A stretch of DNA of 64,000 bases, taken from the NCBI GenBank assembly GCA_013265495.1, contig MU058009.1, forward strand, positions 2,606,001 to 2,670,000. Reading direction: 5' to 3'. This DNA comes from Vicugna vicugna. Lineage: Eukaryota. The notes beneath the pieces are model-generated. The model made no database searches. It saw only the letters and a program-made list of their open reading frames with translations, and was not told the origin of the DNA. Position 1 is the first letter of the stretch. Every line of letters starts with the position of its first letter. Of the stretch, positions 36,962-51,706 are shown one piece after another. A program made the translations under genes and the position numbers.

Positions 36962-39900
36962 AGTATTTATTTTCGTGAACAGTAGGTTGAGTATTTTCGT
37001 GAAATGTCTGTCTGAAGAATAGAATATTTTTAAAAGAGGTGTAACTTACTACATTTCCAGTACTTGAAATATGCTCCCAAATTACCTAATTTTTAATGAC
37101 TGACTTTATGCATTTTAAGTAAACAAAATATTATGGAGCATTAAGTCAGCCGGAAGTATGCTTACAGTTTCTGAGAACGCTGCCAGGTTTGTGCTAGGAT
37201 ATTCCACTGAAAACTCCCCATCGCTTCTATTATTTCTGTCACCTGTGAATCAATCAGAATGACTTAGAATGAGCATATTTAGTGACTAGTCATTTGCACT
37301 TGTGGGTATTTGTTACCTGAAATTGTGTCACCCTTTTAAGGTTTAGGAAACATCCATGTACCTGCCCACAGTCCTGCCCAGGCTGTTGATTTAGCAGCCT
37401 CTTGGTAGGTAACTGCTGGAGTAACACTGGCTCGTGAGTTGAGAGGGGGAGGCGAAGTTGAAACCATGGAGATTCACCTAATACTAGTATTAATAGTCCA
37501 GCCTCCTGACTTTCTGACCCCTTCAAACCGTGACTTTACCTCTTTGCTTTGGAATCATGCAGATTTTTGTTCAGCGAAGAAGCTGTCTTGGTTTACATGC
37601 CATGTTTCTTATGCGTCGGGAGTTTTAGGAAAGTGGACTTTTCTTAGCGTGAGCCAAAGCTCGTATTGTGGGTGTCCTTTATTGTAAGACGTAGCATTTG
37701 GGTAACGCCACGTTTATGTTGACTCAAAGTGAAGACGGGTCAGGAGAGAACTTCCGTGAGGCTCCTTAGCTAGTAAGTTGAGGGAACATCCCTCAAGAAA
37801 GCAGATTTGAGAGGAGCCCCTCACATAGTGCTCTCCTTACTTACTTATGTTTTATTCTATTTTTATTGACGTATAGTCAGTGTACAACGTGCCGATTTCA
37901 GGTGTACAGCACAGTGCTTCAGTCGTACAGGAACACAGTGCGTTTTCGTGTTTTTCACCATCAGTTACTACCAGATACTGAATATAGTTCGCTGTGCTGG
38001 GCCGCAGGACCTCGCTGTCCATCAGCGCCCTGTAGCTCGCAGCGGTGTCTCAGCAGTAAGTGCAGATTCATCTTGACCTCACTTCCCTGCCAGCCGGAAG
38101 CTGGACCGCAGCCAGGAAGCCAGCAGCCCCCGGTGATTTTTTTTTAACGGTAGGGCGGTACGAAACTCGTGGAAACGTTTGGTGACCGAATTCCCACGAG
38201 GTGAAACGCGCAGTGTGCGGGCGGCCCGCGCGTGGGTGCGGGGAGGGCGGCGGCCGCCGCGTGGGCTTCTCGCGTGCGTCGTTCCGGGCGCGGCCGTGAG
38301 CCACGCCCGGGTTCTGCGTAGTCGCAGCCGGAGGAAACTGAGTCTCGGGGAGCCGGCCAGCGATAGCGAGGCTGACGTTTGAGTGGGCGTTGTGCTCGCT
38401 GCCTGTGCTCAGTGTCTTAATTTAATCCCGCAGCAGGCCTGGGAGCAGTCGTGTGCTAGCAGCGCTGTTTCGCAGAGAGATACAGAGCCTGACGGCGACA
38501 GCCACCAACACTCGAAGTTGAACCGTTCCTTCCGTGTGAAATAGACAAACTCCGTTTCAGCCTCTTTAAGCTAAACTCATTTAAGCCTCAGAACAACACT
38601 GGGTGTGTGGTTGCTTTGGCCTCATTCTGTAGATGAGACTGAAGCCCGGAGAGATGAGGCAACTGCCAGCAAAGGCAGAGCTCACAGTGGGGCTGGGGCG
38701 CAGGCACGGTTTGTCTGCCTCTCCAGCTGGTGCGCGAAGCCAGCGGGTCACGCGCTTCCCCCGATGGCGGCAGTGGAGTGAGCAGAGGACAATGGTTGGC
38801 CGAGCCATGTCCCCGGGATCTCTATACCCCAGGAAATCAGTTTCACAGAATTCCTGTTTTATTGTGGGCAGCTGGAAAGAAGCACAGGCACCAGTAAAGC
38901 ATCTGTTCACTTGAGGATTTTAGATCCGTAAACAGTGTTCGCCTTTTTTTTTTAAAAAAAAAAGCATTTTATGTATTTTCAGTAACTTTTATAAAAGATC
39001 TCAGAGACACATACAGAAAGACCTCTCCTAAATCTTGGTGCTTGGATCCTCATCAGTGTAAGCCAGACAGACAGATTACCGTGTTCCTGTAAAAAGCCTT
39101 GAAGACGGTCTAAACCTTTTTCAGTCTTAGAAATGATACCTCATTTATACTTTGATATTTGGAGTTCTAATAAAAGCAGGGATTATTTGTGTAAATTGCC
39201 GCCTAGGAAAGTTATGGCTAACAGCTGGCGTATGTCTGCAGAAGAATAATGACCTTTTATTTGCATTTGGAGTTTTCCATCTAACCCTAATTCACCAGTT
39301 TCTTACTAGAATTACGTTTAAACATAGAAAACGGCCAAGGATTTTCAGCTGGTGTAATGTAAACTGTCACTTGTAAGATCAAGTTTCTCAGTTTGCTGCT
39401 AAAACTGGAAAAGGCTTAAGAATCCTGTAGTCTTATTAAGTACTGGGTTGAATTGTTTGAAGCGTGGAGCTTTTTTTAAGTTGAGAGCCTCACTCTACTG
39501 CTGATGAAGATACACTAACGACTCAAACTGCAGTCACCCTTTGGACAGTAACAGAAGTGGACGAAATTTCTCATTCATTAGTCTCTGGACAGTATTGTAA
39601 CAGTCCTGGCATTGGAGAGAAATCAGATTTAATGTATGTGCATGTGGGGTTTGGCTAGATTAGGATGTGTTCAGAATAAATAGCATGTTTTTCAGGTAAT
39701 GGGCCTGCTCTGATTACACTTACTCGCTGCCCTACCTGAGAGTGTGTGTCTTCTCTTTTTGACAGATTGTGAAACTGTAGTCACAGCTGATACTCAAGCA
39801 AGTCATGAACATCACTTAAAAAATCAAAGCCGTTTTATTCTTAACTAATTTTAGAGTTTTTTAAAAGTTGCAAAAATACTCGAGTGTCCCCCTACCCCCT

Positions 39901-40225
39901 TACTGCTCTTCTCTCACTGTCAACGGCTGACATGCCCACAGCACAGTCCCCAGGACTGGAGGCTGGCCTTGGTTCAGCACCGTGGCTGACTCACAGCTCT
40001 TGCCCACACGTTGCTCCGGTTTCCCGACTCACGTCCTTTTCCTGTTCCAGGATACGGTCGAGGCTCCCACGTTGCGTTTTTCTCCTTAGTCTCCAGTCTT
40101 TCCTCGTCCGTCCTCTTACACAAACCATTGCGGGTGAGGTTGACAGCAGTGTCTCCACTGTGCAGTAATTTGTCCTCCCTTTTGTAGTTAATATATCAGG
40201 GAGCTCACCTTGAAACTGGATTTTT

Positions 40226-40410
40226 TTAAAAATTGAAGTACTGTCAGTTACAATGTGTCAATTTCCGGTGCACAGCACAGTGTCCCAGTCATGAATATAC
40301 ATACATGTATTCGTTTTCATATTTTTTTCGTTAAAGGTTATCACAAGACACTGAATATAGTTCCTTGTGCTATACAGTAGAAACTTTTTTAAAATCTATT
40401 TTTATATGTA
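40226..40410 (-). mobile_element. Short L1 3' insertion with target-site duplication
   Basis: Same family as 6985-7375; flanked by gaaactggattttt at 40212 and 40411. Confidence 0.85.
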
Positions 40411-43400
40411 GAAACTGGATTTTTAAAATTTTGTTCAGTTAAGTAAATCGTAGATGCAGGTTTATGGACTTAGATTGTCCCTAATCTGAGTGGACATATG
40501 ATAGATTGTCATTTTACTGACTTTTTCATTAAAAAAAGAGAGTCTTTGAGTAAGAGTCTGTCTGTGGATATCACTGCCTTGCAGGTGGTGAGCAGACACA
40601 CAACATTCAGTCCTCTGACAGAACCAGAACTGTGCTGACCTGCTTCCCAGGGCAGCTGGAGCAGGGAGCACCTTCCCGTCCTCCCTCAGTAACAGGGTAA
40701 AACCTCCTCCTTGGAAGGTGCTCCCTGCGTGGCAGAGGCTCTCGCAGACCCTGGATTCTGGGGCAGTAGCTTTAGTGAGGAAGGAAGTGACCGCTTCTAT
40801 GCTTGCTTCGGAGGGAGTGGACTTGTGAAGGGAGGGGCGCTTAGGTGGGCCCAGGAGCTGCTTCTCTTGAGGTGATGATTAAAGGCCCCGATTGAAGTTC
40901 GGTCCAGATTTATGTTTGTTATACTTATTGATTGCTTTAAGCTGTTTCAGGTTTTCAACCAAGTTACTAGAAGCACTTTTTACCAAGTTGAATTTCTGTC
41001 CTTGGACAGCTAAACTTTTCCCTGAGCCAAATTAATAGAATGAGATTTCTTACTAAGAATGAATTATTAAGCAACGTGGAAGCACTGGGCTAGGAAAGCG
41101 ATTGATGCAGTTTCTTCAGAGCCCTCAGAGTGCTGCCACGTGACGGATCGGGCTGGCCTCTGCGCCCAGGCGTGGGGCATTAATTTTCTTCCGTAGGGGA
41201 GTCCAGGTTGACAGGATGTCAGAAGTGCTGACTTGGCAGTGGAGCCCCATTTGTAACACGTTGGATTTGGAAACAGATTGATTTATACGTTGATGTAATG
41301 GATCAAGGCTCAGTGCGCACTTGAGAAAATGGAGAGCACGTTCAGGGAGCGCGTTTTCCAAGGAAAGAAGTACAAACGTTAGAGAAAAAGCCGGTCCTGT
41401 TCTGCTCCAGGTACAGGGCGGGGGGTTGGGTAGTTAGTTCCCAGCATGGTCCACAGAGGCTTTTTATACTTCAGATGATACCTTCTTGAGAGCCTCTGAT
41501 GACCACAAGGATTAATCTTTCTGAACTCGAAAGTGAATCACTGCAGCCTGTTAGCTGTCTGGACCCATTCCAGTTACTCCCTTCTCCCTCTCGGTGGAAA
41601 CCGGCGTGAGGCGCTGTGGCTTTGGCGCCGCCTCTTCCTGCTGCTTGAACCTCGGGTGTCTTCCGTCCTCTTCAGGGAAAGTGCTGCTGACCATCTCGGC
41701 ACGAAGGTCAAACGCGCTCACCACTGGTGAGTTGCCCTCAGCGGCTGACCCGTGCAGCGGGCACCCTCGTGGTCCTTCAGCTGGCGGGCGTAGCCAGCCG
41801 CACGTGGGCCACCCTCTTCCGTGTGACCGAGGGCTGCCTGCGCGGCTGCGCCACGCCACGGCTGTGGCCCGGGGGCAGGGGGCTCAGGTAACCGGCTGGC
41901 ACTGTTTCTCACCTGTATTCATTGAAGAGGCAGCTGCCTCCCTCCCGCACCCCGTGCTCCTAAAAGATGAGGTGCCACCCCTGAAATCCTGCTTGTTTAA
42001 CGCTGAAACGTACAAGCCCAGAGAGAGGACTGAGGGAAGGTTGTCCAGCGCCCTTCCCGCTGCACTGTGGCGCTTCATTTACGGCGGCTTTAAGAAGTAC
42101 TTTCCTCCTGACCCGTCGATTGAGAAGTTCTTGCTTACATATTTCTCTCATCTTCCTGGATTTTCTTGGTTCATTTCTGCTTGAGCTTTTTGGAGGAGGA
42201 AGGAGAGAATTTGCCAAGAACGCAGTGTTCCTGGGGTTTCCTTGCCTTAGGCTCTGTGTGGACCCGTGTATGTCCTGTGGGCCCGTCTCCCTCCGTATCA
42301 TAACCCACGTTTCTAGCCCCAGTCCTTAGATCCGGCTCCCAGAGAGGAACCGTCCATATAAGAGGCATTTTCACGCACATCTCGAGCTCAGTGTGAGAAT
42401 TGAATGTGTCTGTCTTGTGCGTGCTTAGACCTTTAACGATCTGTTTGAATTAAACGCCATTAGCACACTACCCGCCCTTAAGTTCCTTTCCACACATGTC
42501 TCTAAGGGCTTCCTTTCTTGGGGGAAGACAGAACTTCACAGCCGTCTGCAGCTTCATATGCAGTTGTACTGACAGCACAGAATCTGTCTTTTACTTTAAT
42601 AAACGATGATTTGTCACGGTAAGGGGACAATCTATTGTAGTTAATAAAGTTGCTAATTGTTCTCCTCATTGCACTTGATTGAGGTTTTTTTCAACCCTGA
42701 TTGATCTTGGCAACATTTTAGATCCAAATCATCGTTCTCCCAGCTCTCCAGCAAGTGTTTATGCTTCCTTCTCTCATGCTGGTGGAAAGCAGGCTAATTT
42801 TCATCTCCAGAGCAAAACGTGTGGGTTGGTGGATTTGTCCTGGAAAAAGAGCAGCATGTATATCAGAGTCAGACGTAGGCTCCTGGTTGGAAGGACCGCT
42901 CGTGGCTGTGTGGTCAGCCCGTCAGCACAGATAAATGGGACCCCCCTGAAAAGCACACGGTTTTCCATTTATTTTAAAAGTCAAATGTGCTTTTTCTTGC
43001 TAACAGGAAAACCATTCTGTATTACTGCTGTTTGCTCTTTTTATTTCAAAAGCTCGTAATAGACCGTATAATCTGACCTGACCTCTCAAGTTTTAACGTT
43101 TTCACAAGATGTTTAATTTTTGTTTGGAAAGCCTTTGACTTTAGGAGACACCACAAAACTCTATTGTGGATGTAAGCATCAGCGTTGGTTTATTTCTAGA
43201 TCCAGGGATGCCTGTGGTTTTTCTAGTGCGTGAGACTTTGCGGGAGCCTTACTGTCGTAACACTGAGATGTTATTTCCCACCTGTAATTTGTGACCTGGT
43301 AATGGCTACGAACAGTTGATTTTTTTCCTAACACGAGAGACAGTTGTTTGTGGAATCCCTTTTAGTGTCCTCATTCCACGCATGACGCCAGGTCATACAA

Positions 43401-44300
43401 GCCAGACTTGCTGTCTCCCTCTTGGTCACCCCCCAGCCATTGTCACTGGGTCTCACCTGCTTTGCCGTCTCCCCACGCTGCCTTCGCCCAAGCTTCTGTT
43501 ACCTCTCTCTTGGGCTTGGCAACTCCAGCTCCCCGGCCCCTCGCCGGCGACCAGAGGGAGTGTCGGAGCTGCACTTGGAAAATACTAGTTCTGTGCATAG
43601 GGCCCTCGGTGGTCCATCCTTTCTCGGTCTGCAGACCGTCCAGTCTCAACCCCCGTGCCTCCCACCTTCTCTTAACCCTCCACAGACTCAGTCTGCATTC
43701 TTCCCGCGCGGGGTGCTCAGAGCTGCTCCAGGGTCACTCTTCACCAAGCTTCCCGATCAGCACCACCCAAGCCTGCGCCACGTTCCCCTCTGATGTCCTT
43801 GAGCTCTGTGTCCTCCTGAGGACGGGATCACACTCTTGTGTGAGCATTGACTCTCGGTCTGGACCGTAAGCCCCCTGAGGGCTTGTGTCCTGAGCGTTTA
43901 GCACTTTGCTGTACAAAATAGTAGCTGCTCAGTTACGTTCTGTTGTGCAAGTAAATTGAGTCAAGTTGCTGGAACTTCAGCGCGTTCTGTGCTCGTGGTT
44001 TGGTGCATTGAGGAGCGGGAGGTGGATGTGCTGTGTTAGGACCGCAGTTGATTGTCTGCTCCCAAGTCAGAAGTGTCATTGGGGGGGAGTGGGGATTTGG
44101 TTTCCCACCCCCCTCTCTCTCTTTGATCATATGTGTCCAAAGGTCATTTTTAATTCTGCATTAGCTCCTGGGAAAAGGACTTGTTTATGAAGTAAAGACT
44201 TTAGATTTTGAAAAGATCAGCTCTACTGTCACAAACCGCTGGGTGACTGCCTGTGTGCCAGCCTTTTGGGAGTGACCCTGGAACGTGGTTTTCTCCTCAG

Positions 44301-44474
44301 GCTCTTGCAGCCAACGCCGGGACAGGATTTGCTGTCGCCGAGCCTCAGGTCGCAATGTTCTGTGGGAAGTTAAATATGCACGTGAACATTCAGACTGGGA
44401 GATGGGAACCTGACCCAACCGGCACGAAGAGCTGCTTCGGAACAAAAGAAGAAGTTCTCCAGTACTGCCAGGAG
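44301..44474 (+). CDS. APLP2: APLP2 exon 2 (E1 growth-factor-like domain)
   Basis: Acceptor ttctcctcag|, donor GAG|gtaagc; [58 protein letters not shown]; 174 nt. Confidence 0.97.
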
Positions 44475-45289
44475 GTAAGCGTGCTGCCCAGAAATTAAAA
44501 ATGCTTTTTTTTCTTTTTTTCTGGGTCATGTGTGAACCTGTTTACCTTAGAAACAGATATTCTGTCATTCTTCTGTGTTGTCCTGAGACTGAGTCAGTGA
44601 AGTCGGGGGCACCCAGCTTTGTTTCTGCGTGTCTGCTTGGCCTGGAAGTGCTGTGAAGTCAGTCCTTTCCAGAAGGACTCCTCCAGAAGCCTGGCAAGGG
44701 CGTGGAGGTGCAGCCTGGTTCTCATGGCTTCCCACATGTCGCGGGAAGGTGGGGAGCAAGCCCAGGGTCACGTGTGTGCCGGGGTCTTGCTCTTGTTGGT
44801 AGAAGCCATCAGTATCATAAGCGATTATCTCAGGTCTGATTCAACTCATCTTTGGGGTCAACACTGGACGTAGAAAAGGATGTGAGAAACTAGCCTACGG
44901 GGCCAGGGTTGAACTATTACCCTATAATTTCATTAACAGGCACTTCCGTAGACTTGCCTCTTAAATGTGTGAGTTTGTGACCTCAGCTGTTCCCCTGACC
45001 CCTTCCCGCAAGTGGGGTGGATACCTAACAGACTTGTTTGGGGCTGAAAGCCTGCTGTTTTTGTGTGTCCTTTTTAGAAGAGAATGGGTGAGAACTGGTC
45101 TGAAATCTGCCTGTCAAAAGCAAGCTTTTTACTGGACGCGTTCCGTTGGAAGCGGGCCGCGGAGTGCAGCTTCAGATTCGTAGGGGAGCACGGGAGCTGA
45201 GTGCGCAGGCGCACATCCGTCTCCATGAGTGAACATCACCTACTGTGGACGAAGCCGGTTCACTATGTGTGTTTCCTTGTCCCTGGCAG

Positions 45290-45413
45290 ATGTATCCAGA
45301 GCTACAGATCACGAATGTGATGGAAGCGAACCAGCCGGTCAGTGTTGACAACTGGTGCCGGAGGGATAAGAAGCAGTGCCAGAGTCACATTGTGATCCCT
45401 TTCAAGTGTCTGG
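45290..45413 (+). CDS. APLP2: APLP2 exon 3 (E1 growth-factor-like domain)
   Basis: Acceptor ccctggcag|, donor G|gtgagc; [41 protein letters not shown]; 124 nt. Confidence 0.97.
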
Positions 45414-47614
45414 GTGAGCCACCTTCGGCGATCCTAGGTTACGTCTCAGGATCAGGGGTCCCCAGCTTTCAGTTTCATTTCCTCTCGACTCACAGTGAAG
45501 TATCTTAGTCTGTAAAGAAGCCAAGGGCTGCAGGAATTTGCTGGGGGACTTCCTCGCTTGAATATTTACTGCTTTCTAGTCTAGCCGACTGTTGCCTTGT
45601 CTTTGATGGTCAGTGACTGCCTCCTGTCGGGGGCATCCACTCTCTTCCAAGGATGAGCCTTTTCCATGGCACTGAGTAATCAGAGCGCTGCCCTCAGAGC
45701 AGGCCAGCTTTGCTCCTGCTGAGAGCTGAAATTCCTGTTCACAGTCCCGGGAGGAGTGGTCCCAAGGCAGCCTAGGGGTGGTCTGCGGTTCCCCTTACTT
45801 CACCCGTGTCTGAAGTCTCGTATTGTTAGCCAGACCAAGCTACCTGTTAGGTAGTTTTCAGGCACAGAAGAAGTGACTCTTTGCTGCCTGGAGACAATCA
45901 GGGATGCCTCGCCTGGGCCCTGTGCCGCCTGCCTTTCTGAAGGCTCAGGGCCCATACGGGTGTTGATGACTCAGTGTAGTTGGTGTTAACAGTCAGGGCT
46001 AACTTGAGTAAAACTAACATTTTATTACCGAGAGGTAGAGTTGCTGCTTTAAACGCTTGTGCATCCTAACCAGTCATCACGGACGCGTCTGAATGACACT
46101 CACACGTCTGCAGCCTGGGCGATTCAGGAACAGGTTTGGTCCTAGAAGCTTAAAAGGACAAAACAATCCATTTTAGATGATCATGTGATAGGATTAGCAT
46201 AGACGGAGCATTAGCGTGGTCAGCCCAGGGAGTTCTGTAAGTGTCTTTAATTTTAGCCATTAATGTAATCTGTTCCCTTCCCTCCCTCCATTAAAACCTT
46301 TCCTAAAATGGAACATGTTATTTTTCCCATTCTCACATGTAGCAAAGTTACAGAAAGCGTCAGCACCCGAATAACAGTGTTTAAAATCGGTAGCAATTAC
46401 TTTGTTTAGAAAGTATTCGGCAGGGGTGGGAGGGGGGCACCACTGTTGGCTTGACACCATTTACTGAAAACTGAGCATGATGCAGTGAGGAAGGAGCATG
46501 AGGATTGTGCAGTTTTGTGTGATGTGCTTTAAAGATGCTCTTTTTTCCATTTGGCTGTGCCTCCAGGTATGAGGTTTCCTGCATTCTCTGTAAAATTCTC
46601 AAACTGGGTGAAGCAAGAGAGCATTTGTGAATATTTGTAGACATCAGCTAGGTAGTACCAGCAATCCTTTCTTCCTTTTATATCGTTGTCCCTGAAGGCC
46701 TGGTCTCCGCCCTCCTGTCTGCTTTGTCACTTGCTGGCTCCACCACCTGCTTGAGGTCTGGGAGACCTTTATCTCCCCACACCCGTCGGTTTTCAGGCCA
46801 GCCTGATTCTCACCTCCTAAGCATGACTTAGATCCATGGTTGAACTACCAGCTGGAGGCGTTCACCGTCCCAGCATCAGCCCGTCTCACTCCTTTTCGAT
46901 GACCTCATGTCTTTGTGGAGCTGTTTCTTAGTGGTTCCTATGATGAAAGCCAGCATCACAGCGGATCACCGCGGAAGAAACAGAGGTGACAGTGCTGTCA
47001 GTCGCAGCTCAGGGGCTGTGCGGTGCCCAGCAAGCGCAGAGGTGTCAGGCACTAGGGTTTTTGCTAAGTTTGTGGCCTCCTCTAAAGGAAGCCTTTCCTC
47101 CCGGTCTTGTTTTCTGTCTGAGGATCCAGGTTTCTCAGCCCCTCTTTGTTGCTGCCAGCGTTCCTGTCCCACTGCATGAAGGTCTGTTTCTCCAGCTCCA
47201 CGGCGAGCACCTCAGGGGGGGACCAGCTGTGGTCTTCGTTGTCCCCTCAGTCCTGATGACCTGGAACTAGGATGCTCTGCTCATTACAGGACAGGACCAC
47301 AGCTGTGGTTGGTATACAACAAAAGTGTTATTTTCCAAATTCTAGAGTTAGAACTTTTCAGTGCGAGAGAGCCAGACGATGAAATATCGTCATTAACTAA
47401 ATGCATAAGTGACAGTCTGACTGTAAACCATTCAATACCTTCTTTGCACAGAGGGCCCTGAGTTCTGCCCTCTTCTGAGAGTGTGCTGGCTGCCCGCCAG
47501 CGTGACCCTCTGCACTACGACTTAGTATCTTGGGATGAGAAGTTACACTTCAACCTTCCCTCTCCTCAGAATGAAAGTTATTACTGATTACCTGTTTATC
47601 CATAAGGTTTTCTC

Positions 47615-47669
<55 letters not shown>
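47615..47669. repeat. (TAGA)n tetranucleotide microsatellite, about 13 units
   Basis: Read directly; perfect repeat in APLP2 intron 3. Confidence 0.97.
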
Positions 47670-50600
47670 GATGATCTAAGTGGGACAGAGTTGGTGAGGA
47701 AGCAGAGCTGCTGGCGTTTTCGGGGAAGGAGTTAGTCATCTCTGACGTTTATATATAGACTGGCTCCTGCACCAGAAGAAGGGCGCTTTGTGAGTCTGTT
47801 TTTGTTTTCGGTTATTTCTGGAAGGAGATCTGGATGGGGAATGCTGCTGTGATGTGAAGACTCCCAAGAAGGGCCTTGTTCTCAGGGCTTTGAGGTGGGG
47901 CCTGGAGTGAGCTTGGTTCCGACTTGTCCACTGCAGGTGTCCGTCTGCAAGTGGCCTACCTTTGCGCTCTGGCCAGCCCATCAGCAGTTCACCCTGTCCC
48001 AGTGTGGACCCTGTACAAGCCGTATGTTCCTGTTCCTGAGCATTGTTCCAGCTCTAACTGCTCAGATGTTTACCACCAAGACACCTGCTAGGGATGGCTC
48101 CCAGACCTCACGTGCACTGGGAGGTCAGGTTGATTTTCTTGGTTTATTCTCATTACAGAAGGCTTTTTCCCAGCTGGTTTTAGCTTCCAGTGGCCCCAAA
48201 AATGGCATGGTTGTCCTGTTTGCAGCCGCAGAGTCCCTTTGCAGTGGGTTTATTTATACACATGTGTGTTATTGTTGGGGACTTCCCCAAATATGTGAAC
48301 AGTCATTGTTGCTTTGAAAGGAATTTTAGCAACTCTGAAAAGGCTCTGAGACCTGATGGCTGCCATGGCCCTGGTTGGGGGAGGTGGCATGAAAGAAAAA
48401 CAGAATCCCAGGGAGTGAGTAGAGATTGGAGATAAATCGTAAATGCAGCTTAAATGAAATCCTCCAGGCTAAATTTTGCTAAATTTGCATATTGATTGAC
48501 CAGCAAAACAATATAGGTTCCTATTTGCCCAGTGACTTTGGAAATTGTGGACACTGTCCATTGTACTCCAGCAGGTTACATGGAGGATTGTTACAAACTT
48601 GGATAAACTTTTAAAGTGAGACCCAATCATCTTCTGTAAAACAGAGTGAGACTGATCTGCGTAGGTCAGTTTTTTCCTAGAAGCTTCTGTTAAGTCATTG
48701 TATCCAAGGCAAAAAGTCACAGGAGAATGACTGCACTGATGCTGGGATTGAAATGTGTTCCTCTTTTAATTTACATGTTAAAAAAGAGTTCATTTTTTAA
48801 TAAAAGAAGCTGGGGAGAGGTGAAGCAAAAGCGATCATTTCCAGTTTATTTGCTTAATAATTTTTAAAATTATTAAACCATCATGAAACTTTTTCCATGT
48901 TATATACAGACATAAACTGTATTTCTTACAACCTCACATAGTATTTAATTATATATAGCTACCATTATTTAACTAATTCCCTATTGGTGAACATTTAGAT
49001 TGGTTGTTTTTTGTTTGTTTGTTTGATTTTGATATTAGCAACTCTGTAATGAGTATCCTCGTTGACTTTCTTAATTACTTCCTAAAAATATTTTTTGAAT
49101 TGGAATTGTTGAATCAAAGAGCACAGTTAGGTTCTTTTCATTTATATTTTTTAGTTTATTTTCAGTCGATGGTGTGAATTCTCTTTTGGTTTTCAGAGGT
49201 CAGACAGATCAGTTCAGGCATGGAATAGCTGACGGTTGGTGGCGTTTAGTCTTACGGTTATGTGGAGTTAGTTATTACATTTCTGGCCTGGAAGTTTCTT
49301 TATTTTAAACATTTTTATTTTGAAATATCTCAAGCATACTGAAAAGAGAAAACGTAATGCGATGGTCACTCATGTACTCACTGTCCTGATGTCAGTTCTT
49401 CCCTGTTTTGTCACATTTGCTCTGTTTTTAATAAAGGGATTAGATGTCCCAAAGCCCCATCCTCACATCCCTTCCCTCCTTCTCTCCCTCGGGAGGTATC
49501 ATTTTCAGGCAGATTTTAGGCTTTTGCTACATGCAAGTGTATCTATAAACAATTTTTTTTGTTTTAAAACCTGAATTCATGGTATCATACTGAACTTGAG
49601 CTTTTACAACTTGCTTTTTACTTTACATCGTTTTGGGGTTTGTCTAAGGCGTGTCACATGCATAGATTTAATTAACTCGTTTTTACCCTGCTTCGTAGTA
49701 TTCCGCTGTATTTTGAAAACCCAGTTTGGTGGTTGTTTCTGTAGAATGTATATGTAGTCATGAAGTTGCTGTCTGAACTTTTCCTCTGTTGTTGCAACTG
49801 GGCATGTAAAACTGAGGTTTTACAAACTAGAGAGTATTAACTGTTGCCTAAGTACAGATCGCTTTTGGTAACTGTGGTTGTGCAGCGTGTATAAAACTCG
49901 TTCCTCAGGACGAGCACAGCGTTAACATCAGTAGTCCGGGCTGACACTTTTATTGTGCTCAGTGCTTACGGTGTACCGGGTTCTGCTCCAGGCTTTTCTC
50001 GTGCTGTCCACATTACATCATTCAGCCTCGCAGCAGCAGCAAGGTAGGGAAACTGAGGCACAGAAGGTTAAGTAGCTTGCCTAAGAGCGCTCTGCTAGTA
50101 GTGACGGTGCTGAGATGAAGCCCTGGCGTTGAGCCCTGTACACTCTGCCTCTTGGGTATACTCTTTTGTTGCTTTTTATCATAAATTAACAGGTGTAAAT
50201 AGTGCCTAGCTGACACAGAGCAGTCACAGTAAACTGCGAGCTCGTGGCTGGGTGTCAGAGTTTAAGTGACTTCCACGCAGATTGAAGGTCAGGGGTGCCT
50301 CTCCTGCTGGAGGCGAATCCTCGCTTACCCTGGGCTTTGCTTCTTGAGCGTTGATTGTAAGCCTGGTTGATGGTGACGTTTGTCTCTACCTCCAAGAGCC
50401 CTTGGGGCCCTTGCAAGCAGCGCCGTGTCTGACTCACCTTGGGGTTCCTGCGTTAGTGTCAGATTGAGCAGTTTGGCCCGAAGTCCCTGTGCTAATGGCG
50501 GTGTGAAACCTCACCCCCTGTGGAAGGCTGTTTTGATGTGGGTGTCTGCTTGTGGCGGCAGGAGCTCGCCCCCCCCGCCTGCTGCACACCCCCCAGGACT

Positions 50601-51579
50601 GACTGCTCCAGCCCAGAGACTGGCTGCAGCTGGGAGCGGGTCCACGGGCACTTCCCCCTTGTCCAGGCCCTCTGGCCTCTCTCTGGCCAGATTGCTTTCT
50701 GATTACACCTTCCTCTGCTTCTTTCCCCCCCTACTTATTGGTCTCTCTTGAGCTCAGCACACAGTCCTGCTCCCCAGCCCTGTGTGGGGCACGTGGACGG
50801 TGCATCAGACTCACCCGCGATGTTTGTTCAGAGCAAATCACTGAGTCCCACCTCAGACCTACTGAATCCGAGTCTCTGGATGATCACCCAGCGACCATGT
50901 TGGTAGCTTTTTATTGTCGGAGTTACAAACATATCCAGACACAGAGAAAATGACATTAACCCTGGTGGGCCCGTTCCCCGGCTGCATAGCACCCATCTGT
51001 TCGTGGTCGCGCTTACCTCGTCTACAGCCGGCTCCCAACCACCCCTGATTATTTGGGAACAAATCATAGCTACCAGTTTTTTCCCCTGTAACTACTTCAG
51101 CATATGTTTCTAGGAGAGAAGGGTTCTATTTTCTAAGCAACTCTGTGTATTTTTCCCCTAGCTTTTTAGTTTTGAAAACTTTCAGACCTGTTTAAAAAAA
51201 AAGCAGCAGTGGACCCTCTAGACCCATCACCTGGATTTCCCGGTTCTGCCTCATCTCACACTGTGTGTGTGTCTTATGCACTTTCTCGTTGTCACTGTTG
51301 TTGTTGAAAGTAAGTTGGGATGTCATGATAGTTTACCCTAAATATTTTTCAGCTTGCTTTCCTTCAGCACAAGCGCATTCTCCTGTGTGACTGCTGGGGA
51401 CGATTTTCCTCAGCGTCCAACTATCGTGCTTTACAGCTTCTTTTTAAAAAAGATCACACGTTGTATCTAACCTAGACAGTTCCTCCGTGTTTTCCTTTCC
51501 AGTCTTTTATGACAGTGATATTTTTTCAGAGTCTAGGCTGTCTGTTTAACACAGCATCTCTGAGTTTGAAATTGTCATA

Positions 51580-51706
51580 GTTTTTTAATTAAAAATTTTT
51601 TTTGAGAGGGGAAGTATTTGGTTTGTTTGTTTACAGAGGTGCTGGGGATTGAACCCAGGACCTCGTGCAGGCCACACATGCACTCTACCACTCTATACCC
51701 TCCCCC
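51580..51706 (-). mobile_element. tRNA-derived camelid-type SINE (diverged)
   Basis: gaggtgctggggattgaacccaggacctcgtgca...ctataccctcccc; flanked by aaattgtcat on both sides. Confidence 0.8.

Noticed and set aside
41594..42184. 196-aa ORF in intron 1
   Set aside because: Non-ATG start, no recognisable domain, GC-rich context, no convincing splice sites.
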